Numbered from the stretch's first letter, positions 32,005 to 42,584 are shown. The stretch: 64,000 nt of DNA from an uncultured Planctomycetota bacterium (GCA_963823665.1 CAWGMQ010000005.1:864001-928000), one strand, 5' to 3'. Made by a program: numbers and translations. Notes: generated by a model from the sequence alone, not told the origin.

Positions 32005-33585
32005 TCATGAGTTGTTCCCCTCGTATCGAGATTGGAATGCGTCGCGGACAAACTGGCCATATTCACTCATTGGTCGGATCATAGGATGCTCGTTCATGAA
32101 TGGCAGCAACTCTTGCTTGGGTCCCTGGCGCTTCAGGAGCGCACGGATTGTCCGGAGGCGATACTCGCCGTAACCGTGCGCAATTTCGCAAGCGTGATCG
32201 ATTGCCGAGGCGAGATGCCGGCTGGAAAGGTTCAAAAGGCCGATCAACACTCGCACTCCCTCGACTCCGCGGGCTCGGATCATCGCCTCTGCCCAAGCGG
32301 TGCTCTTGGGTCCCAGCCGAGTGGTCACTCTGCGCAGAAGCCAGGCTGCCCCTTTCTCGACCCCGCTGATCTTATTGGGGTGAATCAGTTCAGGCGGTGT
32401 GCTGAAACGACCTGGTTCCTTCCTGAGATGCACGGCGATCTTCTCCATCCGATCGTTGTAGATCGACACCAGGCGGCTGTCCCAGCGCACCCAGACGTCC
32501 CGGTCCCGGTATTCCGGCGGCACCGCATAGTAGGCCCGCTTGACCTCAACATGGCCATCGCGGTGGACAGTGCGGCGGCCCTCGTGGAACGACGGGAATA
32601 GACCCAATGGCAACGGTACCAGTGCCTCGCGCTCGACCTCGGCGAAATGCTTGCCGACCTGGCGACGGGTGGTGCCATGGATCCGGGTGTCAGCGACGGT
32701 CAGCTCCCAGTTCAGTAGGAAAGCATTCTGCTCCTCCAGGCTGGGGAATCGCCGTGCCTTGAGAGCGTTGCTCTGGACGTAGTCGACGCTTTTTTCGACC
32801 TTTCCCTTGTGCCGAGGTGTCCGGGGTCGCGTGGGCCAGAAGACAAAGCCGTAGTGCTCTCCGAAGGAGCGGACCTTGGGATTGAGCTCGGGATCAAACC
32901 AGTCGGCCTTCGTCACGGCGGCCTTCAGGTTATCCAGAACCAACCGTCTCGGTACGCCACCGAAGTGGCGAAAGGCACTTTCAATGCAGCGAAGGAATTC
33001 ATCGGTGGTCTGGCGATAGACGGCCTCGGAGTAGGCCTTGCGAGAGTGGGACAGCACGATGCGGAAGACATGGGTTCTGCGGCGCTTGCCGTCGGTTGTG
33101 TAAACCGGAGCACCAGTGCCGAAGTCGACCTGGGCCTCCTCCCCTGGCTCACACTCAAGGCGCCGGAAGGGAAGCTCTTGTACCGGCTCGAGGCGGCGAA
33201 CAAAGCGACGGACGGTGTAGTAGCTCCCCTGGAAGCCGTGTTCGGACGAGAGATCCTGGTAAATGCGTTGGGCGCTCAGGCCCTGGTTAAGCTTGGACTG
33301 AATGATGTCTCGCCAAGGCTCGCAATCGCTGAGTCGACCGCGAGCTTGGCTGCCGCGGTCGCTGGCCGAAGCGAGTGTCGGGACAGCCGCGCTTGCTGCA
33401 ATTTCAGGGCCGCTCGAGCCGGAGGGCGCAATGGCTGGTTTTGGCGCCTCTCTGGCCTGCTTGAGGTAGCGAGCGACCGTCTCACGATTGATGTCCAGCT
33501 CGATGGCGATTTGGCGCTGGGACCATCCCCTGCGATGCAGGGACAAGATAGCGTCTATCATGGCCACTTTGAGGCAATTCGACAT
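32005..33585 (-). CDS. istA: IS21 transposase
   Basis: HTH, PGEEAQVDFG, DNLKAAV, KGKVE. Confidence 0.95.
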   Translation of the reverse strand: MSNCLKVAMIDAILSLHRRGWSQRQIAIELDINRETVARYLKQAREAPKPAIAPSGSSGPEIAASAAVPTLASASDRGSQARGRLSDCEPWRDIIQSKLNQGLSAQRIYQDLSSEHGFQGSYYTVRRFVRRLEPVQELPFRRLECEPGEEAQVDFGTGAPVYTTDGKRRRTHVFRIVLSHSRKAYSEAVYRQTTDEFLRCIESAFRHFGGVPRRLVLDNLKAAVTKADWFDPELNPKVRSFGEHYGFVFWPTRPRTPRHKGKVEKSVDYVQSNALKARRFPSLEEQNAFLLNWELTVADTRIHGTTRRQVGKHFAEVEREALVPLPLGLFPSFHEGRRTVHRDGHVEVKRAYYAVPPEYRDRDVWVRWDSRLVSIYNDRMEKIAVHLRKEPGRFSTPPELIHPNKISGVEKGAAWLLRRVTTRLGPKSTAWAEAMIRARGVEGVRVLIGLLNLSSRHLASAIDHACEIAHGYGEYRLRTIRALLKRQGPKQELLPFMNEHPMIRPMSEYGQFVRDAFQSRYEGNNS

Positions 33586-33961
33586 GGTGCGGCTCCAGGA
33601 AAGGGGTCTCCCGAAAGCCTACATGTCGAATCCGCGTCTCCTCATTAGTGGCTGGTTTTGAAGCGCCCCATGGTGGCTGGTTTTGAGCGCCCGCTGTCAC
33701 CGCGCAAAGATCTGAGCTACCTCAGCTTCCTGAGCATCTTTGACTGAAGGGAGTTTAGATAACGAGATATCTACCTCGCCGCTTTTTGAGAAAGCGATGA
33801 ACCCGAAAGGAGAAGTGGGTTTTTCGTGACGTTCGGATGCCATGGCGATTGTCGAACCCTAGTGGAACTGTGGAAACCAACAAAACAAGAGCCGATTTTC
33901 GCTCATATTCGTCTCCCGACGTGCCAATACTTCAGCACATCGGCCGGGCTCTTACGTTCAA

Positions 33962-35197
33962 CTATTCGCCGTTTGCTGCCGCTTCGATCGCCTCGCAAAT
34001 CGTTACCCAAGCAGTGTCGCGTTCCGCTTTCATCTGGGCGAGAGGCCGGTCCGGCGGATACGCCGCCTGGAAGGATTGCAACGGCGTCTTCCTCCAATTG
34101 CAGGCGCGTACTAGCACCCACAGAATAGTCACCCCGCCTGCATTGGCTTCCTTCAGCAAAGGGCCGAGTTCGTGCTTTTGGATGAAGTCGGAGGCCAGAA
34201 AATCCTTCGTGACCAGTAACACCGCCACTCTAGCCGCCGCCACCGCCGCTTGAATGTTGCTGAACCATTGCGAGCCCGGTTGAATGTCCCGGTCTGACCA
34301 GGGGAGCACGCGGCCAGCACGTTCGAGCGGATTAAGATGGGCGAGCAACTCGTCGAGGAATTTCTTGTCCTTGTGGCTGTAGCTGACAATCGCTTTGTGG
34401 CGGTTGGCGACTTGCTGCGCTCGTCCAGCGAGCGCGGTCGGGCTGGCCGGTTCTGACGGCTCAATCATGCGCGCGGGCGGTGGAACGCCTACTGAATCCA
34501 CGATTGTAACTGGGGTCTGAATAGAGTTTGCCTTTGCGCGAGCCACGAGGGGCGTGATTTTCTGAGCCACACTCTTGAGGACGCTACCGAGGCAAGCATC
34601 GGATGTGAAGTCCGTCGAACTTCCACCCAACTCGGAAATCGTCGGATAGGACTCTCCAAGCAGGAAAGCCCGACGCTTTCGATAGACGGCCTCGCGAAGA
34701 GGGTTGAGGCGACCCTGGTCATCGTTCAAGAACATCAGATCGTATTCGATCGGTGGAACTTTTTCGCAGAGGTCGTCGAGGAAGGCGGGGCAGTCAATCA
34801 CGGAATAGTTGGCCCGGCAGGCGTTGGCCGCTTCCTGAATTGGCTGCAAGTAGGTAGCACGGAATTTGTCCTCGCATCGTCTGATGTACGCTGCACGACA
34901 CTCTTCGGGCTTCAGCAGCTCCCCCCACCCCCACGAATAGGCAAGCACGTCAAAAGCTTTGATAAGTGCCGCGATCAACTCGACCAGCCACGTGGGCCAT
35001 CCCTCGGTCCCGTTGAGATTGCGCAACGGCCGCACGGCTTCGACGACACGAACGAAACCCGGGTAGCGATGTTTCTCCTGTGAGAGATTGTCGGTACAAA
35101 ATGAGCGCTCGTCCTGCCAGACGAATTGTTCAAGGGACTTGGCGAGTTCGTCCAGTTGTTCTGTGGAGGGTGTGCGACGGTCGACGTCGGCGGGCAT
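33962..35197 (-). CDS. C-terminal TIR-domain protein
   Basis: VSYSHKD, WSDRDIQPG..W, FLASDFIQKHEL (putative catalytic Glu). Confidence 0.88.
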   Translation of the reverse strand: MPADVDRRTPSTEQLDELAKSLEQFVWQDERSFCTDNLSQEKHRYPGFVRVVEAVRPLRNLNGTEGWPTWLVELIAALIKAFDVLAYSWGWGELLKPEECRAAYIRRCEDKFRATYLQPIQEAANACRANYSVIDCPAFLDDLCEKVPPIEYDLMFLNDDQGRLNPLREAVYRKRRAFLLGESYPTISELGGSSTDFTSDACLGSVLKSVAQKITPLVARAKANSIQTPVTIVDSVGVPPPARMIEPSEPASPTALAGRAQQVANRHKAIVSYSHKDKKFLDELLAHLNPLERAGRVLPWSDRDIQPGSQWFSNIQAAVAAARVAVLLVTKDFLASDFIQKHELGPLLKEANAGGVTILWVLVRACNWRKTPLQSFQAAYPPDRPLAQMKAERDTAWVTICEAIEAAANGE

Positions 35198-35594
35198 GGC
35201 TGATCCTCCTGCGGAGGCGGTAGGTCCACCGCGACGGCCTGGTCGTCAGCCGGTCATGTCGCGCGCGGCTCCGATCAGGGAATTATACCTCAGCCTACGG
35301 TTAGGCAAAAAACCCCATTTACGAATGGTTCGGCGCCAACCTGCACCGGGTGCGCGAGCCGTCGATGCGGCAATAGTCCGGGCGAGGGAACTCAAGGCCG
35401 CCGAGCTGCTGGCCAGCAATGCCTTCGGCAGCACCGCCGAGCGCGTGAAGGGGTGCCAACGCGGCGATCGTCGAGCTGGTGGCGTCCCCTTCCGGTCATT
35501 GTTCGTAACTCTGACCACTCTCAAGAACCGCGCGACGATCAGTCTACTTGACGACTACCAGAACCTATAATCACTGGCGAAGTCGGGCATTATG

Positions 35595-35867
35595 TCATTC
35601 CGCCGCCAAAGACAAATCTCGCGCCAATCCTCTTACCAAACGCGCGGTGCATGCAGCGTGCATCCAGATCTGCGTCCCTTTCTCATCGCTGTCATTCCAG
35701 TAAATCAACCGTTCGCACGTCAACGACTTGCCGCAGTAGAAACAGCGGTCCGTAGGATTGATGAATGCGAGATGGGCTCGGCGGTCATGGTCCTGGCCGT
35801 ACCATGGATCTGACCCCTCCTCGGCTGTAGGAACCGGAGGCACGCCGTACTGCTTGATAAAGCCCAT
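35595..35867 (-). CDS. Small putative zinc-binding protein
   Basis: CFYC...HAAC; GGAG RBS. Confidence 0.55.
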   Translation of the reverse strand: MGFIKQYGVPPVPTAEEGSDPWYGQDHDRRAHLAFINPTDRCFYCGKSLTCERLIYWNDSDEKGTQIWMHAACTARLVRGLARDLSLAAE

Positions 35868-35899
35868 ATTCTTCTCCGAAAAGACCGCCGATCAGAAGT

Positions 35900-36700
35900 T
35901 TATAACCCCACACCGGCGATCTCTCTCGCAAACGAAGCCAGCATCGGCTCGTTTCGACAGCGGGTTGTGTAACCCTGGTCATCCTTCTCTACCGCGCCGC
36001 CGCAAAACTCGGCCGCCCGCCGCGAGAAGGCCAATTGAGTACGGTAATGCGAATGGATGTGAAGACAGAGACCGTTTTCCGGATGCACGTCCAGCAGCAC
36101 CAGCCACGGCTTTGTCGGCTTGGGCAGCGGCTCGGTGCTTTGCGGCAGGTTAACACTCTCGTCCCCGCTGAAATAGAGGAGGTCTCGTGAGCATGGCGGC
36201 TTACAGAAGGGCTTGAGCCACGACCAGACGGTTGCTGCGATCGAAAGGGCGGTTTCGCGGTCGAATCCCCACGCGTGACAATGGTGCTCACCAAGACAGC
36301 CCGTCGGTTCCTCAGCGGCCCAGCGTTCCTTGACGAGATTTCCAAACTTCTCCACAAACTCTGGCCCCGGATTGAATGTGTATTCTCCGCCGTTCCCGCA
36401 GGTAGAATCGGCATCGTACACAACAGACCAGTACCCCTCGCCTTTCCCAACTTTGACGAACGGTACGTTGGTAGCGCAGCACCACTTGTAATAATGACGC
36501 GTGTGCGGGTGCGGTTTCGGGTGCGCCTCGACAAACCCTTGGGCTTTGGCCTGTCTGTACAGAGCAAGGTACTGCGGGGGCAGCTTCCGAAGTCCGCCGT
36601 TTTTTGCATAGGCATCTATCAGACGCCCATCGGCATAAGCGTCGATCAGTTCGTGCTGCGAGAGCGGCGCACCGGGTTGTTGGAGTCTTGCAACCGTCAC
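35900..36700 (-). CDS. Hypothetical protein
   Basis: 266-aa ORF with GGAGG upstream. Confidence 0.55.
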   Translation of the reverse strand: MTVARLQQPGAPLSQHELIDAYADGRLIDAYAKNGGLRKLPPQYLALYRQAKAQGFVEAHPKPHPHTRHYYKWCCATNVPFVKVGKGEGYWSVVYDADSTCGNGGEYTFNPGPEFVEKFGNLVKERWAAEEPTGCLGEHHCHAWGFDRETALSIAATVWSWLKPFCKPPCSRDLLYFSGDESVNLPQSTEPLPKPTKPWLVLLDVHPENGLCLHIHSHYRTQLAFSRRAAEFCGGAVEKDDQGYTTRCRNEPMLASFAREIAGVGL

Positions 36701-37213
36701 GATGAGCGACCTCCATGATAGTCAAAGTCATATGGATAACTCCCCGGCTCGATTGATAGTAAAATGGCCCTGAAGGCAGTGCAAGTGGGCAAGTTGTTTT
36801 TGGCCGAGCGGTTCGCTTCTACCGTTTTGCCCATCAGCCGGGGGCGTCGGGCCTGTGCCGCGTGAGCTCGCTGTTTTCGATGTCATCCATACATGCTGCC
36901 CAAGCCGCTTCCAGTTTGTCGATCTCGGCGTAAAGGTGGATTTCCATGCCGTTCCCCGGCTCGAACGGAAGCACGTCCCGCCGTTGCACGGCGTTGCCTC
37001 CTCGGATAAGAGCGTAGCTCTCGTCTTCGAGCTGAACGGCTTGGTAAAGGCCATCGCTCGTATCGCGGGACTGTACGACTGCTGCAATGCGCCTGCCTTC
37101 GCCGCTCATGGCTGCACCCTCGCGGTGTCCGGATCGATCATCATCGTGGTGTTGACAGTCGTTCACTATAACCCACGCCGGGCAGCCGTTCAAGGCGGTG
37201 GTCGCGCTGACAG

Positions 37214-37677
37214 TCAAGAGTGGCCATTGGGATCATCGACCGTCAGCCCTTCGGCGATAGCGGCGGCGTTGAGGTTGAGGTCGGCGGAAACGAATACGAA
37301 CGTGCCCAGGCGGTCTGCGGTCCAATCCTTGTGGAGGTCTAGCGCGGTTGCCAACTGCATGGCGTCGTAGGCGCGAAGCCGGTGCGTATTCGCCAGCTTC
37401 ATGGCGTCGTTCACCAGCGCGAGCGTGACCTCCGAGGGCAGGTACCGCCCGGCCAGGTGCTTGCGGAACCGCGAGAGGATTGAAGATGCCCGCGCCGCTG
37501 AAAGCGTCACGCCCCGGCGGCGGGCAACAGCGGAAGTCACCTCAACGGCCGTGATGAGCGAAATGTATATATGAGCGGACGGTCTACGGCGCGTGATGCT
37601 GCGTACCCAGGCCGTGCCGGTTTCCGCGACATAGCGTTTGACCAGGGCGCTGGAATCGACGAAGTAGGCGGTCGCCA
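37214..37677 (-). CDS. vapC: VapC-like PIN toxin
   Basis: YFVDSSALVKRY..E.G, LRAYDAMQLA, FVSAD. Confidence 0.9.
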
Positions 37678-37679
37678 CC

Positions 37680-38015
37680 TCAGCGCCGTTCGCGGATAAT
37701 GGTTTCCGACAGCGGCTCTCCCTTAATGGGGACTGGCGCATCGTCGGGATCGTCGTCGTCAATGTCGAGGTCAGGATCGGGCAGCGAGGCGATGCGGCCT
37801 GCCGCGAACAATCGCTGATTAAACTCGTCGGCCGTCCGCGGCTTCTTCTTGGGCGCGGTGGACCTGGCGCGTTTGGCGGATTTGCCAGGCGCTGTAGCCG
37901 TGGGCTTCTTCGGCTGGACGAGCTGGCGGTCGAGCTGCTGGCGGAGCTGGCGCAACTGCTCCGGCGACAGGCCCTTGACGCTGCTCAGCAGGTGGTTGAA
38001 ATCGATATGGGTCAT
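37680..38015 (-). CDS. Cognate antitoxin
   Basis: C-terminal GEPLSETIIRERR immediately upstream of vapC. Confidence 0.8.
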   Translation of the reverse strand: MTHIDFNHLLSSVKGLSPEQLRQLRQQLDRQLVQPKKPTATAPGKSAKRARSTAPKKKPRTADEFNQRLFAAGRIASLPDPDLDIDDDDPDDAPVPIKGEPLSETIIRERR

Positions 38016-38326
38016 GGGACTCCACGCATCAGCACGTCGTTATCATTAGCGTACAGATTAACACGGCAGGGGACATTTGCCAAGCTATACCGTCGAGCTA
38101 CGGCGTGGATGGTTGAACTGGCCGGGCAGATACGGGCGGCAAGGGCAAACGTTCGGCAGCAAATCCTCGTCAACCCGGTGCCCTGTCAATGCCGACCCTG
38201 TGGCATGCGGGGCCATTGCGGGCAGGCGCGTGTCTAACGCCAAATCCGGAGAAACCCTGTCCCCATGTGTGCATCTCCCGCGGTCGTCTCCGGTCATCCA
38301 GAAGTAGACGGGCCCGCGGTACGGTC

Positions 38327-39076
38327 TTAGATAGTTCCGTCAGCCTTGATATGAGCGGCGTGTGATGCGTAGATGATGTCCATCGCATCATTGGCTTCGC
38401 ACATAAAGCCGGCCAAGAACAATTCCTTATCGCTTGAAAGCGCATATACTCCGCCGCCGCTCATTCCACCCAAGCTGGTCAATGGGGGAACTCCCTCAGG
38501 TGATGTTTTTATGGAGTCTTTTTCGGTATCGACCAGTGCGAACTGGCGATCATTGCTTGACGTTATATGCGTTCCAATGATCATCGGGCTGACTCCCAGG
38601 CGGTCGCCCATTGGCATTCTTCCTTGACCGGGATATCCAAAGACGAAGGCGCCCATACCCGCCTCCGGCCGCCGCGGTGGCCACGCATCCCAGGTGGAAA
38701 ACAGTTTGCCAAGCTCAAAGACGAGCGGCACCGGGATTTCGAGCACGGCAAGGTCGAGGTCTTTGTCTCGGCCGCGCACGGAGTGTTGGTGAGAGATGTT
38801 GCGGAACGGCACGTCGTCAATCCCAGACATGATAAGTATGATGTCGCGATTGGCTTCTCGCTTCCCCTCAAATGTCTGGTAGACGTGATCGTTCGTCACG
38901 AGGAATTGGCCCGATCCGGTGTTGATCAACGATCCGGTCGCGCTCGCGATGATGGCCTCAGGCGTTTGGTTGGATTTATCAAGGATGGCCAGCATAACCG
39001 TGAATCGGCCAAGGTGAGCGAGGAGGCGCGGGGTGATCTTTTCGGAGACCGCTTTGAGTTCTTCGTCCGTCATCAT
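38327..39076 (-). CDS. Trypsin-like serine protease, no signal peptide
   Basis: TNDHV, DLAVL, GYP, GMSGG triad motifs. Confidence 0.8.
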   Translation of the reverse strand: MMTDEELKAVSEKITPRLLAHLGRFTVMLAILDKSNQTPEAIIASATGSLINTGSGQFLVTNDHVYQTFEGKREANRDIILIMSGIDDVPFRNISHQHSVRGRDKDLDLAVLEIPVPLVFELGKLFSTWDAWPPRRPEAGMGAFVFGYPGQGRMPMGDRLGVSPMIIGTHITSSNDRQFALVDTEKDSIKTSPEGVPPLTSLGGMSGGGVYALSSDKELFLAGFMCEANDAMDIIYASHAAHIKADGTI

Positions 39077-39455
39077 GAACGGTAACGATCCTTTTCAAAC
39101 CGTTGTTGGGAGAAATATCGCCACATTGAGGAGCAGTGGACATTCGATTATGGCGCAAGGAATCCGATGTGGCAATCCGAGGGTGGGTAAACCTCGACCG
39201 CTAGAGGCGATTGATCGATGGATGGACTTCGACATAAGCGGCTGGGTATCCATAAGATTTCCGTGAATGATAGCCTCCTTTATCGTTCACGGACGATTTA
39301 GCTGGAGCTGTCGGCTGGCTTAAGGGAATCCCGCCGCGACACATTACCGTGTGTTAACATATGCGGCAGCACGATCTGCTTGACTATAATTAACAATTAT
39401 ATCATAATATACTTATTTATAAACATTATGTAAACGTGCGTGTGCAAACCCGGCG

Positions 39456-40286
39456 ATGCCCCCTGATTCTCAAGACAACCCGCGTTTCGATCACCTTATC
39501 CAGGCGCTGCTTGCCGCCCATGATGGTGTCTTCATCGGTGAAGACCACGAGTCTCCTGCCGTTCGGCAAGCTTTGGGGAAGCTAATGCCATTGCTGAAGG
39601 CAAGTGGAGTAAAAACGCTTTTTGTCGAATTTCCGGATCACATCGTAAGTGACCTTGTGCGTATAACCTCGGAGTCCAGCTTACTCTCTTATGTTGATTC
39701 TAATAACCTTGAGCCGTCGCGCATGACTGTTTTGTGGCACACGCTACAGGCTGCAAAAACGATGGGCATTACGGTCCGGGGATATGAATGTCCAGAATAC
39801 GTACATCGTGTCGGCGAAGTGAAGACAATAATGGACGATCCTTCTCTACGTGGTAGAGAGAAAAAAGAAAGGATCGATGCACTATCTGAAGAGTTAGTAT
39901 CCTTAGAGTGGACTCAACGTCGCGATGACTACGCCGCGGCATTTGTCAGGCGCGAGGCTAGAGGCAAATACCTCGTCTTAGGTGGCTTGGCTCATAGTGG
40001 AAACTACGACAAAGGTGATATGCCTACCGAACGCCCAGGGGTTGTACTTGCAGAAGCCGTAAATGCTGATATGAAACCCTATGCGAGGAAGGGTTATAAA
40101 GGTTTGAACAACAAGCTTGGAATACCAGCAATCGATTTCGAACTCACATCAGAGCTTAGGGAAATCGGCTCAACCATAAAAGGCGATGGAAAATCAGCGG
40201 ACTTTCATGCTAGATTTCCCGCCAGCATTTACCAAGACCCGAAGTTCCCATGGTTACCTCGATCATCCCCTCGGGCGTCTCGTTAG
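39456..40286 (+). CDS. TIKI/ChaN/EreA-superfamily protein
   Basis: GVFIGEDH, GVKTLFVE, RDD, GLAH; lower GC. Confidence 0.6.
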   Translation: MPPDSQDNPRFDHLIQALLAAHDGVFIGEDHESPAVRQALGKLMPLLKASGVKTLFVEFPDHIVSDLVRITSESSLLSYVDSNNLEPSRMTVLWHTLQAAKTMGITVRGYECPEYVHRVGEVKTIMDDPSLRGREKKERIDALSEELVSLEWTQRRDDYAAAFVRREARGKYLVLGGLAHSGNYDKGDMPTERPGVVLAEAVNADMKPYARKGYKGLNNKLGIPAIDFELTSELREIGSTIKGDGKSADFHARFPASIYQDPKFPWLPRSSPRASR

Positions 40287-40295
40287 ATGAAAACA

Positions 40296-41153
40296 TCACT
40301 GCGTTGGCCTAATCAAAACGCACTCGTAATCATAGACATCTGATAATGGGCGCTGCTTGACGTACATAAATATTCTCCTGTAGTCACGAGGATCAAATAA
40401 GAGTAGGTTATCGCTTTTGTCTGCTGCACTCTTTCCGAAAAGTGAAGACTCGTAAGTCTGAAATCTAATAGAGTTCTTGCCGATTCTTACATTATAAGCA
40501 TGTGTCTGAATTAGTCCGCCATCCCCGACAGATCTAAATTTATAGCCATAAATAGTATTTCTTGTTCTCTTCAATTTTAGAAATACCCGACCGTCGGTCG
40601 CATCTAGGACGGCAGTCAGGGCGCGATGTGTTAACTTCGAGCCCCTAGGAAACGACCAATCCCCTACCCATGACTCCAAATATTCTTCGGAGAGTTCCTC
40701 TTCTGCTTGGGCGATTTCGTTATCTCGAAGTGTTTCCCCAAACGGCGACGGCGGACGAAGATCGGACAAATCAGTGTCTGATCGTATGGCCATTGTGAAT
40801 GACGGATCGTGTTTAGGAACCCAGACATGAAGTCCTAGCCATACAATGAAACCTGCTGACTGATCAGGGCCGTGTTCAAAAGTAGGGTTAAACGCCACTA
40901 CATTGATATCAGTTACACTATTTGGCTTGATATCGAGTTCAAGCTTATTCGACTCAGTAGAACCGCTGCCTCCCTTCATGCACACATAAAAGATGTTTTT
41001 ATCACCGACGAGAGGAGTCACCGAGACCGTCTTATTTTCTTTCTTCCCTATTTTCCCAATGTACTTTCCGTTGAAATACGCGTAGAGATCCACGCCGCCA
41101 ATTGCAGAAATTGAAGAGTTGATCTTCAGAGATGCCTTTGCATCTTCATGCAA
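40296..41153 (-). CDS. Low-GC hypothetical protein
   Basis: 285-aa AT-rich ORF. Confidence 0.6.
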   Translation of the reverse strand: MHEDAKASLKINSSISAIGGVDLYAYFNGKYIGKIGKKENKTVSVTPLVGDKNIFYVCMKGGSGSTESNKLELDIKPNSVTDINVVAFNPTFEHGPDQSAGFIVWLGLHVWVPKHDPSFTMAIRSDTDLSDLRPPSPFGETLRDNEIAQAEEELSEEYLESWVGDWSFPRGSKLTHRALTAVLDATDGRVFLKLKRTRNTIYGYKFRSVGDGGLIQTHAYNVRIGKNSIRFQTYESSLFGKSAADKSDNLLLFDPRDYRRIFMYVKQRPLSDVYDYECVLIRPTQ

Positions 41154-41182
41154 TTGCGGCGTGGCAGGCCCCGGTGAAGGAG

Positions 41183-41560
41183 TTACTTCGAGACCTCGAA
41201 ACAGGATGGGAGTCGATATGAGTCCCCACTCTGCGCGGTGCGCAGCGTAACGCGATCTCCTGGTCTGGCAGTGAAAGTCTGGGTTGTGCCGTTGGTATAG
41301 ATATCACCCCCCCAAAACGCTTTAAGTTCGTATGTATTGTCTGCGCTGTTCGCGGGAATGGAAAAGCTTGCGGTAGAACCGTTCGATACTCCTCCAATAT
41401 AATCGCCGTGTATATAAATATGTTGAGTGACTGCGGCCCCCGTCCAAGCTCTTTCGCGCTTTACTACGAGGGTGAACACGTTGTCATCCCCCGCAAAGGC
41501 AACACCGGAAGAGAGAGAGGCAACTACTGCGAGAGACAGAAGATGAAAAGGAACACGCAT
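41183..41560 (-). CDS. Secreted beta-rich hypothetical protein
   Basis: Signal peptide MRVPFHLLSLAVVASL...AFA. Confidence 0.6.
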   Translation of the reverse strand: MRVPFHLLSLAVVASLSSGVAFAGDDNVFTLVVKRERAWTGAAVTQHIYIHGDYIGGVSNGSTASFSIPANSADNTYELKAFWGGDIYTNGTTQTFTARPGDRVTLRTAQSGDSYRLPSCFEVSK

Positions 41561-41828
41561 GCAAGCCCCCATTTCTTCGAGCGGTGCGGCAGTGATCCAG
41601 AATGAATAGAGCATTTGGAGCCCAATCAACCCTATATTCGTGCGATCAGTAAGGGAATTAAATTTCGTAAGGAATTTGGCAATTTTTTCGATCGAGTTCA
41701 ATGGGTGCAAGCATCATATCGTACCGATCTTGGCACACGCCGTCAGTTGACTGACTGACTCCGTCCGGCTACACCTTGCGACTCCTTTCTGCTCTGGCTT
41801 CTCGGGCGTTTTTGAACCTAGCGTAACT

Positions 41829-42584
41829 ATGGGTCGGAAATACACCACTTCCGAGAAGTGCATTTATTGCGACGCTCAAGCGGGCTCCGAGGAGCACGTA
41901 TTCCCTCAGTGGCTACGGGAGCGATTCCAGGGAAGTGGAACTCTTGAGCATAAGGCGAATATCAAGTCCCCGATCAGGTTCAAGCGCGGCGTCAGAGACG
42001 TGCGTATTGTCGTTAGAACCGTCTGCAAGAAGTGCAACGAAACCTGGATGAGCGGACTCCAAAATGACGCGAAGCCCATCATTGAGGCGTTGCTGGACGA
42101 AACCGCCGCCGCTCTCGATGCAGTGGAATGCAAACTGTTGAGCTCTTGGGCAGTGATGTCTGCAATGTGCTTGGAAACTAGAAATGAGCGACCGGTTTGG
42201 CATTACACCGACTTGGATCGCACACTCTTCTACTCAAAAAGGATGATCCCGACCGACACAGAAGTCTGGATCTGTTATTGGGTGAACTCGCCAGGTCCCG
42301 CCTATGACGGGAGCAACCAAGCTAACAGCGAAGAAAAAGGGTATGTCGCCACGTTCGGCTTTGGCAATCTCCTATTCCAACTGTTTCACGTAGTGCCAAT
42401 AAATTCCGGGAAACGACTATCCAAGAAGCTAACGATTCAGGAACCCTGGACCGAGATCCTCATCCCTATTCGGTATCCAAAGGACTTACCGATACGCTGG
42501 CGACCAAAGAAGGGTATCGAAGGAGATCGCGGGTTCCAGGCCCTACATTCACGATTCCTCCACCCAGACGCCAGTACGCTCTGA
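41829..42584 (+). CDS. HNH-endonuclease-like protein
   Basis: CIYC...EEHVFPQW...VCKKCN. Confidence 0.75.
   Translation: MGRKYTTSEKCIYCDAQAGSEEHVFPQWLRERFQGSGTLEHKANIKSPIRFKRGVRDVRIVVRTVCKKCNETWMSGLQNDAKPIIEALLDETAAALDAVECKLLSSWAVMSAMCLETRNERPVWHYTDLDRTLFYSKRMIPTDTEVWICYWVNSPGPAYDGSNQANSEEKGYVATFGFGNLLFQLFHVVPINSGKRLSKKLTIQEPWTEILIPIRYPKDLPIRWRPKKGIEGDRGFQALHSRFLHPDASTL

Larger units (their letters stand above)
30674..33699 (-). mobile_element. IS21-family element
   Basis: TG...CA ends, repeated TCAAAACCAGCCA terminal motifs, 6-bp TSD CCGCGC (30668-30673, 33700-33705). Confidence 0.95.
30179..33843 (-). pseudogene. Hypothetical (possibly PD-(D/E)XK-like) gene split by IS21
   Basis: Joining 33843-33700 to 30667-30179 gives in-frame MASERHEKP...AQIFARQLTRHF... 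Confidence 0.75.

Noticed and set aside
35317..35565. Duplicated gene fragments as DGR template repeats or spacers
   Set aside because: No reverse transcriptase, differences not confined to adenines, no flanking repeats.
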